A stretch of 64,000 bases of DNA from Ignavibacteriales bacterium. GTDB lineage: Bacteria; Bacteroidota; Ignavibacteria; UBA10030; UBA8401. Positions 48,544 to 59,852 of the stretch are shown here, piece after piece (the first letter of the stretch is position 1; the number at the start of each line of letters is the position of its first letter). The position numbers and the translations under genes were made by a program. Where the stretch lies: assembly GCA_037443785.1 (NCBI GenBank), contig JBBINR010000013.1, positions 9,525 to 73,524 of the forward strand, given 5' to 3'. The notes under the pieces are model-generated. The model ran no database searches and was not told where the DNA came from. It was given only the letters and a program-made list of their open reading frames with translations.

Positions 48544-49569
48544 ATGAAAAAAAATATTTCTATCATTGGCGCATCAGGATATTCGGGGGCTGAGCTGCTT
48601 GGAATTCTGTTACGCCATCCAAACGTCAATGTCACAAAAGTTTTTGCGCATTCTTCTGCAGGTAAGAGAGTTGATGAACTCTATCCCAAATTCAGAGCCA
48701 CCTATATCGGGAAATTACCCTATGAAGAATATTCAATCGAGAAAGTTCTCAACGACGATCTTATCTTTATAGCTCTCCCTTCCGGCGAAGCGATGAATTA
48801 CGTTCCAGCTTTGGTTGATGCAGGTAAAAAAGTAATTGATCTTGGCGGGGATTTTCGATTACAAGATACTTCTCTCTATCAAAAATATTATAAACACGAA
48901 CATAAAGCTGGCTCTTATTTACCCAAAGCTGTGTATGGACTGCCTGAATGGAATAAAGAAAAAATTTCGTCTGCCCAGCTGATTGCAAACCCGGGGTGTT
49001 ACGTTACCAGCGCTTTGCTTCCTCTTCTTCCTCTTGTTAAAGAAAACATAATCCATGCAACAGGCATCACCATCAGCTCGCTCTCTGGGGTGTCGGGAGC
49101 AGGAAGAAGTTCTTCCATTGATCTATCATTTTCCGAAGCAAATGAATCAGTAAAAGCATACAAGGTCGGTGTACATCAGCATACACCCGAGATCGAAACT
49201 CTTCTCTCATTATTTGGGAAAAAACAAGCGGTGGTAACATTTGTCCCGCATCTTATACCAATTATTCGCGGAATTTATTCATCGATTTATGTGACACCAA
49301 ATGGAAACTTGACGCACGAACAGATCGAGTCTGTTTATAAAAAATATTATTCTGATGCACCGTTTGTTCGATTGATTGGTAATGCTGTTCCGGAAATTAA
49401 GCATGTACAATATTCCAATTACATCGACATCGGTTGGAAACTCTACGAACGTAATAATCAACTCATTGTCTTTTCAGTAATTGATAATTTGGTAAAAGGC
49501 GCAGCCGGACAAGCGGTACAAAATATGAATCTCATTTTTGGACTAAACGAAACAGAAGGTCTCTTATAA
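48544..49569 (+). CDS. argC: N-acetyl-gamma-glutamyl-phosphate reductase
   Basis: The ORF track starts at 48508; the real start is probably at 48544 (MKKNISIIGASGYSGAELL). The active site ANPGCYVTS is present. Confidence 0.9.
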   Translation: MKKNISIIGASGYSGAELLGILLRHPNVNVTKVFAHSSAGKRVDELYPKFRATYIGKLPYEEYSIEKVLNDDLIFIALPSGEAMNYVPALVDAGKKVIDLGGDFRLQDTSLYQKYYKHEHKAGSYLPKAVYGLPEWNKEKISSAQLIANPGCYVTSALLPLLPLVKENIIHATGITISSLSGVSGAGRSSSIDLSFSEANESVKAYKVGVHQHTPEIETLLSLFGKKQAVVTFVPHLIPIIRGIYSSIYVTPNGNLTHEQIESVYKKYYSDAPFVRLIGNAVPEIKHVQYSNYIDIGWKLYERNNQLIVFSVIDNLVKGAAGQAVQNMNLIFGLNETEGLL

Positions 49570-49570
49570 G

Positions 49571-50788
49571 ATGAAACATTTAAAAATAAAAACTGTGTTT
49601 GGAGGAGTGTGCGCTCCCCAGGGATTTATTGCTTCTGGAGTACGCGCCGGAATCAAAAAATCAAAAAAAGATATTGCTTTGATCTATTCTGAGGTGCCGG
49701 CATTTGCGACAGGTGTATTCACCAAAAGCGCCACTGTTGCCGCATGTGTCACACTCAATCAAAAGCAACTCAAGCGATCAAAAACCGCGCGTGGAATTCT
49801 TATTAACAGCGGTAATGCAAACGCATGCACCGGTGAACGCGGCATGATGAATGCAAAACAATCCGTTTCAACTACAGCATCGGCCTTGAGCATCAAAGAA
49901 TCTCAAGTTCTTGTCGCTTCAACCGGTGTGATCGGACAGTTCCTTCCTATGGATAAAATGACACATGGAATTTATGACGCGGCAAAGATTTTGAGTAAAG
50001 ATGGAAATGATGACGCTGCTGAAGGAATTTGCACGACCGATACGTTTCCAAAAGAATTTGCCGTTGAATTTGAAATCGGAGGTGTTCCGGTAAGAATCGG
50101 CGGAATTGCCAAAGGTTCCGGAATGATTGCACCTAACATGGCAACGATGCTTGCTTTTATTACTACGGATGCAAAAATATCGTACTCCCTGCTGCGAAAA
50201 TCATTCAAACAAGCGGTCGATAAATCGTTCAATCGAATTACTGTCGACGGCGACACCAGTACGAACGACATGGCGCTTATTCTTGCCAATGGAAAAGCTG
50301 AGAATAAAGATATTAAAGAAGGAACATCGGAATATAAACTCTTCTATTCAGCGTTGGAGCATGTATTGATTGTCCTTTCGAAGTTGATTGTGAAAGACGG
50401 CGAAGGTGCAACGAAATTTGTCGAGATCACCGTTACCGGCGCAAAAAGCACGGCTGATGCGGAAGTCGCATGCCGCACAATTTGCAACTCTCCTCTTGTG
50501 AAGACGGCAATTCATGGTGAGGATGCAAACTGGGGAAGAATTCTTGCCGCCGTCGGACGTTCGGGAATAAAATTCAATCCCGCTATCACAGAAATATTTT
50601 TTGATGAATTGAAAATCCTTGGAAAAAATTACGATATAAGTTTTTCAGAAGAAAAGGCAAAAACAATTTTGGAGAAAAAAGAAGTAACCATCACGGTTGA
50701 TCTGAATAACGGAAAACATTCAGCGACATTTTGGACGTGCGATCTTTCGGCAGAATATGTCAGAATTAATGCATCCTATAGATCATAA
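49571..50788 (+). CDS. argJ: bifunctional glutamate N-acetyltransferase / amino-acid acetyltransferase
   Basis: 405 aa; the ATMLAFITTDA self-cleavage site region. Confidence 0.9.
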   Translation: MKHLKIKTVFGGVCAPQGFIASGVRAGIKKSKKDIALIYSEVPAFATGVFTKSATVAACVTLNQKQLKRSKTARGILINSGNANACTGERGMMNAKQSVSTTASALSIKESQVLVASTGVIGQFLPMDKMTHGIYDAAKILSKDGNDDAAEGICTTDTFPKEFAVEFEIGGVPVRIGGIAKGSGMIAPNMATMLAFITTDAKISYSLLRKSFKQAVDKSFNRITVDGDTSTNDMALILANGKAENKDIKEGTSEYKLFYSALEHVLIVLSKLIVKDGEGATKFVEITVTGAKSTADAEVACRTICNSPLVKTAIHGEDANWGRILAAVGRSGIKFNPAITEIFFDELKILGKNYDISFSEEKAKTILEKKEVTITVDLNNGKHSATFWTCDLSAEYVRINASYRS

Positions 50789-50793
50789 AATTT

Positions 50794-51636
50794 ATGGCAC
50801 AAGCAAAAGAAGAAATATTGATTGAAGCTCTTCCCTACATTCAAAAGTACGAGGGAAAAACATTTGTCGTAAAATATGGCGGTGCGGCTCAAACTGAAAC
50901 GGAATTGAAACGTCAATTTGCAAAAGATGTTACCATTCTCAAAAAGATCGGCATCAACATCGTGATTGTGCATGGCGGCGGAAAAGAAATTACCGATGTC
51001 GCCTACAAACTTGGAATTGAGACACAATTTGTGAACGGACACCGATTCACCGATCAGAAAATGGTTGATGTTGTCCAAATGGTGCTCGCCGGAAAGATCA
51101 ACAAAGAAATCGTCAATTTAATAAACTTGAACGATGGAGAATCGGTTGGCATCAGCGGTGTTGACAATACACTCCTCACTGCTGAAAAATATTTCGAAGA
51201 TGGTGAAGATATCGGATTGGTCGGCAAAATCGTTACCGTGAATATTCCGTTCCTCCAGATGTTACTCACCAACAAATTGATGCCGGTGATTGCTCCATTC
51301 GGTGTGGGAGTTGACGGCACGATTTATAATGTCAATGCAGATCTTGCGGCTGCCGCTGTTGCGTCGGCATTGAAAGCGGAAAAGCTTGTTTATTTGAGCG
51401 ACGTCGAAGGTGTGATCGCAAACAAACAACTCGTTTCCACGTTGACCGAACAATATGCACGCGAATTATTCAGTGATGGCATCATCAGCGGCGGAATGAT
51501 CCCGAAAATTAAATCCGCTTTTTCAACACTTCATTCCGGTGTAAAAAAAGTTCATATGATTGACGGGCGAAAAAAACATTCGCTGCTGCTTGAAATTTTT
51601 ACTGATGAAGGAATTGGAACGGAATTAGTCCTTTAA
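50794..51636 (+). CDS. argB: acetylglutamate kinase
   Basis: 280 aa; VVKYGG, VIVHGGG motifs. Confidence 0.9.
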   Translation: MAQAKEEILIEALPYIQKYEGKTFVVKYGGAAQTETELKRQFAKDVTILKKIGINIVIVHGGGKEITDVAYKLGIETQFVNGHRFTDQKMVDVVQMVLAGKINKEIVNLINLNDGESVGISGVDNTLLTAEKYFEDGEDIGLVGKIVTVNIPFLQMLLTNKLMPVIAPFGVGVDGTIYNVNADLAAAAVASALKAEKLVYLSDVEGVIANKQLVSTLTEQYARELFSDGIISGGMIPKIKSAFSTLHSGVKKVHMIDGRKKHSLLLEIFTDEGIGTELVL

Positions 51637-51649
51637 TGAAAAGTCAACT

Positions 51650-52555
51650 ATGAAAAAAGATTTCCTCTCAATCGCAGATTTATCAAAGGAAGAAGTTTTT
51701 GAGCTTCTTGACCTGGCTGATTCTTTGAAAATAAAGAAAGAATTGAAGCCGCTGGCAGGAAAAACAGTCGCAACAATTTTCCAAAAACCTTCTTTGCGAA
51801 CACGTGTTTCATTTGAAGTCGGTATTATTCAGTTAGGCGGACATGCCATTTTTCTGACAGATGATGGCGTAGGACTCGGCAAACGTGAGTCTGCGTTAGA
51901 TGTTGCGCATGTTCTTTCGCGATTCAACGACGGAATTGTTGCGCGCGTATTCGATCATCAATTATTGCTCGACCTTGCGAAGCATGCAACCGTTCCGGTC
52001 ATCAACGCCCTTTCCGATCTCTCGCACCCGTGTCAAATTCTTGCCGATCTTTACACGATACGGCAGCACAAAAAATTGCGTGATCATGTCAAAATCGCGT
52101 ACGTCGGAGATGGAAACAACATCGTCAATTCGTGGCTTGAGCTGTCCTCAATCATTCCGCTTCATTTGACTTTGGCGATTCCGCACGGGTATGAACCGGA
52201 CAAAACGATTTATGATAAGGCACAGAATTCCCGTGTCAGTAAGATCGAAATAATTCGTGACCCCAAAAATGCCGTGAATAAAGCCGATGTTGTCTATACC
52301 GACACATGGACGAGCATGGGGCAGGAAAGTGAAAGAACGAAACGTATTTACGACTTCTGGGAATATCAAGTGAATACACCGTTGACCCGCCATGCAAAGG
52401 AGGATGTCCTTGTAATGCACTGTCTTCCTGCACACCGCGGCGAAGAAATTACGAGCGAAGCCCTGGACGGAAAACAATCCGTTGTAAATGATCAAGCGGA
52501 AAATCGTCTTCATATCCAAAAAGCGATCATGGCAAAGTTGATAGGAATAGTATGA
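51650..52555 (+). CDS. argF: ornithine (or N-acylornithine) carbamoyltransferase
   Basis: 301 aa; SLRTRVSFE (STRTR carbamoyl-phosphate motif) and HCLP. The plain versus acyl-ornithine substrate is not resolved. Confidence 0.8.
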   Translation: MKKDFLSIADLSKEEVFELLDLADSLKIKKELKPLAGKTVATIFQKPSLRTRVSFEVGIIQLGGHAIFLTDDGVGLGKRESALDVAHVLSRFNDGIVARVFDHQLLLDLAKHATVPVINALSDLSHPCQILADLYTIRQHKKLRDHVKIAYVGDGNNIVNSWLELSSIIPLHLTLAIPHGYEPDKTIYDKAQNSRVSKIEIIRDPKNAVNKADVVYTDTWTSMGQESERTKRIYDFWEYQVNTPLTRHAKEDVLVMHCLPAHRGEEITSEALDGKQSVVNDQAENRLHIQKAIMAKLIGIV

Positions 52556-53001
52556 TGAATAAACCACAACGTCTTTTCGTCATCAAAGAGATCATACAAT
52601 CTCAACCGGTCGCGAACCAGGAGGAGCTTGCCGGTCTCTTAAAGAAAAGAGGTTTTGAAGTTACGCAGGCGACATTATCTCGTGATCTTGCCGAACTTGG
52701 AGTGGCACGCATTCACACCCCTGACGGTGTCCGTTATTCCTTAACTCCGGTTTCAGAAGAACAAAAAGTCACTCCCCTCGTACTCAGAGAAGTAACCAGC
52801 ATCGATCACAACGAAGTGATGGTTGTTATTAAAACGCTTCCGGGACGAGCATCCGGGGTGGCTTCGTATCTCGACTCACTGAAAAATCCACAAATCATCG
52901 GCACCGTTGCCGGTGATGACACTGTGTTTATTACACCATCTTCCGTAAAGAAAATTGTTCCATTAGAAAAATTAATTAAAGAACTTTTATTGACTCAGTA
53001 A
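52552..53001 (+). CDS. argR: arginine repressor
   Basis: 149 aa; winged-helix N-domain (QEELAGLLKKRGFEVTQATLSRDL) and C-terminal oligomerisation domain (GTVAGDDTVFI). Confidence 0.88.
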   Translation: MMNKPQRLFVIKEIIQSQPVANQEELAGLLKKRGFEVTQATLSRDLAELGVARIHTPDGVRYSLTPVSEEQKVTPLVLREVTSIDHNEVMVVIKTLPGRASGVASYLDSLKNPQIIGTVAGDDTVFITPSSVKKIVPLEKLIKELLLTQ

Positions 53002-53028
53002 ATAACCATCCAAAGAAAAGAGGCACTC

Positions 53029-54267
53029 GTGAAAAAACAAAAAATAGCAGTTGCATATTCAGGCGGACTTGATACTTCCGTCATCGTAAAATGGCTTCAA
53101 GAAAAATATGATGCCGACGTCATCACGGTAACAGGAAATCTCGGACAGAAAAAAGAATTGGTCGGCGTTCCGGAAAAGGCGTACAAATCCGGTGCAAAAA
53201 AAGTCTTCATGCAAAATCTTGAAAAAGAATTTGTTTATGATTACATCTTCCCCGCTTTAAAAGCAGGCGCATTGTACGAACACAGTTATCCGATGGCAAC
53301 ATCGATCGGACGTCCACTGCTTGCCAAAGCACTTGTTGAAGTTGCAAAAAGAGAAAAATGTACCGCTGTTGCCCATGGCTGCACAGGAAAAGGCAACGAT
53401 CAGGTTCGTTTTGAAGTTTCGGTTATGGCACTCGCACCCGAATTAAAAGTTATCGCTCCATTGCGTGAGTGGGAATTCAAATCTCGCGAAGAAGAAATGG
53501 AATACTGCCATAAGCATGGTATTCCCGTTGCAGCGACAAAGAAAAGTCCGTATTCAATCGATGAAAATATCTGGGGAACAAGTATTGAGTGCGGGATTCT
53601 CGAGGATCCTATGGAGGTTGCACCGGAAGATGCATACACACGCACCGTCTCTCCAGAAAATGCTCCAAATAAACCAACCTACGTAACAATCGAGTTCAAA
53701 CAAGGAGTACCGGTTGGATTAAACGGAAAAAAAATGGACGGCGTTTCTCTTATTCATAAATTAAATGAGATTGCCGGTGCAAACGGTGTCGGGCGTCTCG
53801 ACCTCGTTGAAAATCGCCTCGTTGGAATTAAATCGCGCGAAGTGTACGAAGCGCCAGCTGCCGTAACACTTCACTTTGCCCATCGTGAATTAGAACGCTT
53901 AACTCTCGACAAAGAAGTGATGCATTACAAAGCAAAACTTTCCAACGATTATGCCGATATCATTTACAGCGGAACATGGTTCTCCCCTATTCGGAAAGCA
54001 CTCGATGCATTTATTAATGAAACACAAAAAAATGTCACGGGAATTGTAAAAGTAAAACTGTATAAAGGCAATGTTGAAATTGCCGGACGGACTTCGCCGT
54101 TTTCACTGTATGATATGAAATTAGCTACATACACTGTTGCGGATACATATGACCACACAGCAGCAGAAGGCTTCATTAAAATTTACGGCTTGCCGTTAAA
54201 GACATACAATCAGGTGAACAAAGAAAAATTTGCAAAAGTAAAGAAAGCATTAAGAAGAAAGAAATAA
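53029..54267 (+). CDS. argG: argininosuccinate synthase
   Basis: 412 aa; [11 protein letters not shown]-loop. Confidence 0.92.
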   Translation: MKKQKIAVAYSGGLDTSVIVKWLQEKYDADVITVTGNLGQKKELVGVPEKAYKSGAKKVFMQNLEKEFVYDYIFPALKAGALYEHSYPMATSIGRPLLAKALVEVAKREKCTAVAHGCTGKGNDQVRFEVSVMALAPELKVIAPLREWEFKSREEEMEYCHKHGIPVAATKKSPYSIDENIWGTSIECGILEDPMEVAPEDAYTRTVSPENAPNKPTYVTIEFKQGVPVGLNGKKMDGVSLIHKLNEIAGANGVGRLDLVENRLVGIKSREVYEAPAAVTLHFAHRELERLTLDKEVMHYKAKLSNDYADIIYSGTWFSPIRKALDAFINETQKNVTGIVKVKLYKGNVEIAGRTSPFSLYDMKLATYTVADTYDHTAAEGFIKIYGLPLKTYNQVNKEKFAKVKKALRRKK

Positions 54268-54284
54268 TAGGTTTAAGGAGAAGT

Positions 54285-54320
54285 AAAAAAAACCCGCTTA
54301 CAGAGCGGGTTTTTTATTTT
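54285..54320 (+). terminator. rho-independent terminator of the arg operon
   Basis: aaaaaacccgct-tacaga-gcgggtttttt. Confidence 0.75.
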
Positions 54321-54423
54321 ACAAAATACTCTAAACGCGAACCAAAATAAATTTCGATTCACTCTCTTGAATTTAAGACATAATTGTATTATTTAATGGT
54401 GAAATTTCCTTCACCATCAGGGG

Positions 54424-55884
54424 GTGGTCATGTTTCGTAATCTCAGCATTTCTGTAAAGCTCTTCATTACATTCGTTCCAATCTTTATACTTGGAATCGT
54501 TCTCAGCGTTTACTTGAACAATCAAAATCAGGAACGCCAAATGCAGGATCAAGCACTCGAATCTGCAAGTCAAAAGGCTCACATCGTGCGAGAATCACTT
54601 GTCAACATGATGGTCGAAAGTCAAATGGTCAACGATGCCTATCTCGAAAAAATCAAACAGGTTGCAAATCTCAACGAACTCTACATAAGGATTGATACGA
54701 CGCGGCTTCATCTCGCGGAAGATTATATGGATGCACAACGATCCATCCGTTTGGGAGATCGGATGCGCCATGCACAACGAAAAGATGACTACGATAATTC
54801 GTACGGCAATGAAGTCCTTTTGACCGGACAGCAAAAATGGATCAGGGTCGGCGATAACTTCCGTGCAATGATTCCCTTTAAAGCCGAAAAAAAATGCCAG
54901 CGCTGCCATGACGTTCAAATCGGAGATGTGCTTGGCGTTGCCCACATTGAATTTCCTTTAACAAAAATTATTGAAACGAACCGGCAAAACTCTTTGCATG
55001 CGGCAGAAATTTCAGGCGGTGTTGCATTAATGGTCATTATCATTGGTTTTATTTTTTTTCGGTCACTTGTTCAAACTCCTTTAAAGAAGCTGGAAACTGC
55101 CGCAAAAGAAATCGGCAAAGGGAACATGACGGACGATCTAAAACTTCGCACATCCAATGATGAAGTCGGAAAGCTCGCACAGTCCTTTGTACAAATGCGA
55201 ACCGCATTAAAGCAAAGTCAGGATTCGATGCGGATTTCCACTGTCGGACAAATTGCCGCATCATTGGTTCAAGATTTCAGAGCACCGATCAAAAAAATTG
55301 AAACAGCAATCGACGAATTGAAGAACCCGCACCTTGAAGAACCAAAGAAAAATGAACTTCTCGCAGACGCAAAAGAAGGGGCAAATCTTGTCAACGAAAT
55401 GACGCAGGATCTTCTTGATTTTACATCCGGCGATATGAAAGTTGAAAAGAAATTGTCAAGCGTTGGTAAATTGCTTCGGACGGTAACCTCAATCGTAAAA
55501 CCCGATCTCGACAAACAAAATATCACACTGAATATCGTCACACTGTACGATGGCACCGCAGTTTTTGATGCTGATCGAACTGCTCGCGCGCTTGATAATA
55601 TAATAACGTACGCAGCAAATTATATCCCCACCGGAGGATCAATTAAATTAGAGTCAGATTCAATGGATAAAAATCTTCTTATACGAATCATTGATAACGG
55701 AAGCGGGATTCCGAAACAATTCCAAGAAAAAATTTTCGAACCATTTGTCAAAATTGTCCGCGGAGAAGGCGTTGGTCTTGACCTTGCATTGGCAAAACAA
55801 ATCATCGAACGGCAAGGGGGGAAAATTATTTTAGAATCGGAAGAACATAAAGGAACAACGTATACCATTTCTCTTCCGCTGTAA
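54424..55884 (+). CDS. orphan sensor histidine-kinase-like protein with periplasmic CxxCH (c-type heme) motif, HAMP, DHp and HATPase_c; Gln at the expected phospho-acceptor His position
   Basis: 486 aa. TM1 (FITFVPIFILGIVLSVYL), a periplasmic region of about 160 aa containing KKCQRCHD (codons at about 54898..54912), then TM2. The DHp sequence ISTVGQIAASLVQDFRAPI has Q at the position normally occupied by the phospho-acceptor His (caa at 55270..55272). The N box (IDNGSGIP) and G box (GVGLDLA) are intact. Confidence 0.8.
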   Translation: MVMFRNLSISVKLFITFVPIFILGIVLSVYLNNQNQERQMQDQALESASQKAHIVRESLVNMMVESQMVNDAYLEKIKQVANLNELYIRIDTTRLHLAEDYMDAQRSIRLGDRMRHAQRKDDYDNSYGNEVLLTGQQKWIRVGDNFRAMIPFKAEKKCQRCHDVQIGDVLGVAHIEFPLTKIIETNRQNSLHAAEISGGVALMVIIIGFIFFRSLVQTPLKKLETAAKEIGKGNMTDDLKLRTSNDEVGKLAQSFVQMRTALKQSQDSMRISTVGQIAASLVQDFRAPIKKIETAIDELKNPHLEEPKKNELLADAKEGANLVNEMTQDLLDFTSGDMKVEKKLSSVGKLLRTVTSIVKPDLDKQNITLNIVTLYDGTAVFDADRTARALDNIITYAANYIPTGGSIKLESDSMDKNLLIRIIDNGSGIPKQFQEKIFEPFVKIVRGEGVGLDLALAKQIIERQGGKIILESEEHKGTTYTISLPL

Positions 55885-56069
55885 TCACTTATTCTTTCTT
55901 ATAACAAAGGGGAGCAATTTTGGCTCCCCTTTTTCATTTTACTGCATCTCACTATTATCGGTAACATTCTTCAATCCAAAATTGTTATACAATGCAGACA
56001 GTTTTCACGTCTATGAATACCTTGAAACTGGCGAGCAAAACATCTACATTTTAGGAAAAAGGACATTTA

Positions 56070-56798
56070 ATGGAAAATATTAACATACTCACTGCGTTTG
56101 TTTTTGGTCTTCTTTCTTTCGTTTCACCGTGCGTTTTGCCAATTATTCCGGGCTACATCTCTTTTATTTCCGGACATACACTCGATGATTTAACAGGAAA
56201 CAATCGATCTGCAGCACGAGCAGTTTTCATCAATTCTCTCGTCTTCATCCTTGGCTTTACTCTCGTCTTTGTTTTAATGGGCGCCGCTGCAACATCAATC
56301 GGAAAACTTTTGAATGACAATTTGAATCTGATCAGCAAAGTTGCCGGAGCAATAATAATTATTTTCGGGCTTCACATGATTGGGATTTTTAAGATAGGCT
56401 TTCTCAATTATGAAAAAAGATTCCATCTTCAAGAGAAAAAACTCGGAATATTGGGCTCTTTTACAGTTGGCGCGGCTTTTGCATTTGGATGGACACCGTG
56501 TATAGGTCCAGTGCTTGCTGGAATCTTGGCAATTGCAAGTCAACAAGAGACGATTTGGCAGGGAATTCTTTTATTGTTCGTCTATTCATTGGGATTAGGA
56601 ATCCCATTTTTATTGACGGCAATAAGTATCAATAAATTTTTCAACGTCTTCAATCGAATCAAAAGACATTTTCATACAATCGAAGTCGTTGGTGGTATGA
56701 TGCTGGTCGGAGTTGGAATTTTAATGATGACAAATTATTTAACCATCATTGCAAGTTATCTTTCTCGGTGGCTTCCATTTTTGTCAACAATCGGCTGA
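56070..56798 (+). CDS. ccdA: cytochrome c biogenesis thiol-disulfide transporter CcdA (DsbD-family)
   Basis: 242 aa; SFVSPCVLPIIPGYISF and GWTPCIGPVL paired-Cys motifs; 6 TM helices. Confidence 0.85.
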   Translation: MENINILTAFVFGLLSFVSPCVLPIIPGYISFISGHTLDDLTGNNRSAARAVFINSLVFILGFTLVFVLMGAAATSIGKLLNDNLNLISKVAGAIIIIFGLHMIGIFKIGFLNYEKRFHLQEKKLGILGSFTVGAAFAFGWTPCIGPVLAGILAIASQQETIWQGILLLFVYSLGLGIPFLLTAISINKFFNVFNRIKRHFHTIEVVGGMMLVGVGILMMTNYLTIIASYLSRWLPFLSTIG

Positions 56799-56890
56799 GC
56801 ATCTTTCATAAGGAATAAGTTGTAGTCATTATTTCTATCAAACATTAATTCCGTTTCACTCGGAATAAACATTAAAAGAGGTTCAATACA

Positions 56891-58729
56891 ATGGGAAGAG
56901 AAACTCGAGTCCTGGAAGAAGTAACAATCCGCTTTGCCGGAGATTCAGGCGACGGCATGCAGTTGACGGGCGGACAATTCACGAATACATCGGCAGCAAT
57001 GGGTAACGATCTCAGCACATTACCGGATTATCCTGCGGAAATTCGCGCACCGAAAGATACGACATACGGCGTCAGCGGATTTCAAATTCATTTTGGTTCA
57101 ACAGAAATCAATACGCCGGGCGATCACTGCGATGTGCTTGTTGCAATGAATGCCGCTTCGCTCAAAGTAAATTTGCGCAGTTTAACGGATGGCGGAATCA
57201 TTATTGTCAATACAGATGGTTTTGCAGATAAGAATTTAAAACTCGCCGGTTACACACAGAGTCCGTTGGCCGATGATTCATTGTCGAAGTATCAAGTCTT
57301 TCAAGTTGACATTACGAAGCTGACAAATCTTGCTCTGCAAGATATGAATCTAACGCAAAAAGTTGTCGACAAGACAAAAAACTTTTTTGCACTCGGAATG
57401 ATGTACTGGATGTTCAACAGAACTCTCGATAACACGACCAACTGGTTAATGGACAAATTCAAAACCAAGCCGGAAATGATTGAAGCCAATACGCGCGTGA
57501 TGAAAGCCGGTTGGAATTTTGCCGAGACAACAGATATTTTTGCAGTAAAGTACGATGTAAAACCTGCGCCGTTGAAACCCGGCAAGTATCGAAACATCAG
57601 CGGAAACCAGGCAGCAGCGCTCGGAATGGTTGCAGCATCGGAAAAATCAAATCTTCCGCTCTTCTTGGGTTCGTATCCGATCACACCGGCAAGCGACATC
57701 TTGCACGAGCTTTCATACTTCAAAAATTTCGGAGTCAAAACATTTCAAGCTGAAGACGAGATCGCTGGAATTACAAGTGCGATCGGTGCAGCATTCGGCG
57801 GCTCACTTGCACTCACTACTACTAGCGGACCCGGTGTCGCATTAAAAACCGAAGCGATTGGTCTCGCAATTATGGTTGAACTTCCGCTTGTCATCATTAA
57901 CGTGCAGCGCGGCGGACCAAGCACAGGACTTCCGACAAAAACTGAGCAAGCTGATCTGTTGCAAGCAGTGTACGGAAGAAATGGCGAAGCTCCACTTCCA
58001 GTTATTGCTGCATCAACACCAAGCGATTGTTTTGATACAGTGTTCGAAGCATCGCGCATTGCTTTAAAATATATGACGCCGGTGATGGTATTGACAGACG
58101 GATACATTGCAAACGGTTCTGAGCCATGGCTGATTCCTGAGGCAAACAAGCTTCCCGATATTTCCGTTAAGTTCAGAAAAGATCCAAACAACTATCTTCC
58201 CTATCTTCGCGATGATGTGACCTTGTCGCGAGAGTGGGCAATTCCGGGAACGCCTGGCCTCGAGCATCGAATAGGCGGCTTGGAAAAACAAGATGGTTCA
58301 GGAAATATTAATTATGAACCTGAGAATCATGACAAGATGGTAAAGTTGCGTGCAGAAAAAGTTGAACGCATTGCCAATGATATTCCGCTTGCAAAAGTTG
58401 AAGGGGATGAAAAAGGCGATCTTCTTGTTGTTGGCTGGGGCGGCACATACGGAACGATTAAAACGGCGGTCGAAAAGGCACGGAAGCAAGGAAAATCCGT
58501 TTCTCATCTTCATTTGAAACATATTTTTCCGATGCCAAAAAATGTTGGAGAAATTCTCTACAACTTCAAAACTGTTTTGGTTCCCGAAATTAATTTAGGA
58601 CAATTGATTAAAATTCTTCGTTCAAAATTCCTTGTGCCTGCAATTGGATTAAATAAAATTCAAGGATTGCCCTTCCGCTCAATTGAAATTGAAGAGAAGA
58701 TCGATGAAATCTTAGGAGGAAAAAAATAA
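56891..58729 (+). CDS. korA: 2-oxoacid (2-oxoglutarate):ferredoxin oxidoreductase, alpha subunit
   Basis: 612 aa; typical KorA N-terminal gamma-like and alpha domains. Confidence 0.88.
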   Translation: MGRETRVLEEVTIRFAGDSGDGMQLTGGQFTNTSAAMGNDLSTLPDYPAEIRAPKDTTYGVSGFQIHFGSTEINTPGDHCDVLVAMNAASLKVNLRSLTDGGIIIVNTDGFADKNLKLAGYTQSPLADDSLSKYQVFQVDITKLTNLALQDMNLTQKVVDKTKNFFALGMMYWMFNRTLDNTTNWLMDKFKTKPEMIEANTRVMKAGWNFAETTDIFAVKYDVKPAPLKPGKYRNISGNQAAALGMVAASEKSNLPLFLGSYPITPASDILHELSYFKNFGVKTFQAEDEIAGITSAIGAAFGGSLALTTTSGPGVALKTEAIGLAIMVELPLVIINVQRGGPSTGLPTKTEQADLLQAVYGRNGEAPLPVIAASTPSDCFDTVFEASRIALKYMTPVMVLTDGYIANGSEPWLIPEANKLPDISVKFRKDPNNYLPYLRDDVTLSREWAIPGTPGLEHRIGGLEKQDGSGNINYEPENHDKMVKLRAEKVERIANDIPLAKVEGDEKGDLLVVGWGGTYGTIKTAVEKARKQGKSVSHLHLKHIFPMPKNVGEILYNFKTVLVPEINLGQLIKILRSKFLVPAIGLNKIQGLPFRSIEIEEKIDEILGGKK

Positions 58730-59778
58730 TGAATTCGTTAATTGAAGAAGTGGTAAACCCTGCTCAAACCGCATCGGTGAAATATACCGCAAAAGATTTT
58801 TCATCGGATCAAGATGTGCGATGGTGTCCGGGCTGCGGTGACTATTCGATTCTTGCACAAGTTCAACGTGTTATGCCGGACTTAAACATTCCAAAAGAAA
58901 AAATTGTATTCATCTCCGGTATCGGCTGTTCGAGTCGCTTCCCGTATTACATGAGCACGTATGGATTTCACAGTATTCACGGACGCGCGACGGCAATTGC
59001 ATCTGGATTAAAGATTGCAAGGCCTGAACTTTCAGTATGGGTAGCAACCGGTGACGGTGACGGGCTTTCAATCGGCGGCAATCATATGATTCATGTGCTT
59101 CGCCGAAATGTTGACATCAATATTCTGATGTTCAATAACCAAATTTATGGTTTAACAAAGGGACAATATTCACCGACCTCAGAGATGGGAAAGATTACAA
59201 AATCGACACCATTCGGTTCGGTTGATATGCCGTTCAACCCCGCATCGTTAGCACTTGGTGCAGGCGGAACATTTGTCGCTCGCTCATTAGATCGCGATCC
59301 GAAACATTTACAAACCGTCATCCGACGCGCTGCTGAACATAAAGGCACGTCATTTGTTGAAGTGTATCAAAATTGCAATGTGTTCAATGATGGCGCATTT
59401 TTCCAATTCACCGAAAAAGAGACGAAGCCGGATAACGTCGTATTTCTGGAACATGGAAAACCTCTCGTGTTCGGCAAAGACAATGACAAAGGGATTAAGC
59501 TCGACGGCTTCTCGCCTGTTGTCGTTTCGTTGAAAGACGGCGCCCATTCAATGAACGATCTTCTTGTTCACAACGAAAAAGATTCGACACTCGCATTCAT
59601 TTTGGCGAACATGACATATCAGCCGGAATTACCGAGACCGGTCGGAATTTTTCTTGCCAGCGACCGACCGCGATATGAAGTTGAAATCGAAAAACAAATC
59701 GATTCTGCGATTTCAAAACGTGGACGCGGACAATTGGAAAAATTGTTGAATAGCGGAGATACCTGGGTAATACAGTAA
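58729..59778 (+). CDS. korB: 2-oxoacid:ferredoxin oxidoreductase, beta subunit (TPP-binding)
   Basis: 349 aa; CPGCGD...[12 protein letters not shown] and the TPP motif GDGDG.SIGGNH; its start overlaps the korA stop. Confidence 0.88.
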   Translation: MNSLIEEVVNPAQTASVKYTAKDFSSDQDVRWCPGCGDYSILAQVQRVMPDLNIPKEKIVFISGIGCSSRFPYYMSTYGFHSIHGRATAIASGLKIARPELSVWVATGDGDGLSIGGNHMIHVLRRNVDINILMFNNQIYGLTKGQYSPTSEMGKITKSTPFGSVDMPFNPASLALGAGGTFVARSLDRDPKHLQTVIRRAAEHKGTSFVEVYQNCNVFNDGAFFQFTEKETKPDNVVFLEHGKPLVFGKDNDKGIKLDGFSPVVVSLKDGAHSMNDLLVHNEKDSTLAFILANMTYQPELPRPVGIFLASDRPRYEVEIEKQIDSAISKRGRGQLEKLLNSGDTWVIQ

Positions 59779-59802
59779 CATTTCCACATTTTGTGTAAAC
59801 AT

Positions 59803-59840
59803 AAAGGCGTGGTTTCTTTTTGAAGCCACGCCTTTTTTTG
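59803..59840 (+). terminator. rho-independent terminator of korAB
   Basis: aaaggcgtggttt-ctttttg-aagccacgccttttttt. It overlaps the TTG-initiated N-terminal extension proposed by the ORF track for the next gene. Confidence 0.75.
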
Positions 59841-59852
59841 TTATTTTCTGTT

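Noticed and set aside
59820-59852. A TTG-initiated start for nrnA (MKPRLFLLFSV...) as given in the ORF track.
   Set aside because: These codons coincide with the korAB terminator hairpin and T-run. The downstream ATG at 59853 (MINYIEKF) gives a normal DHH-family N-terminus.
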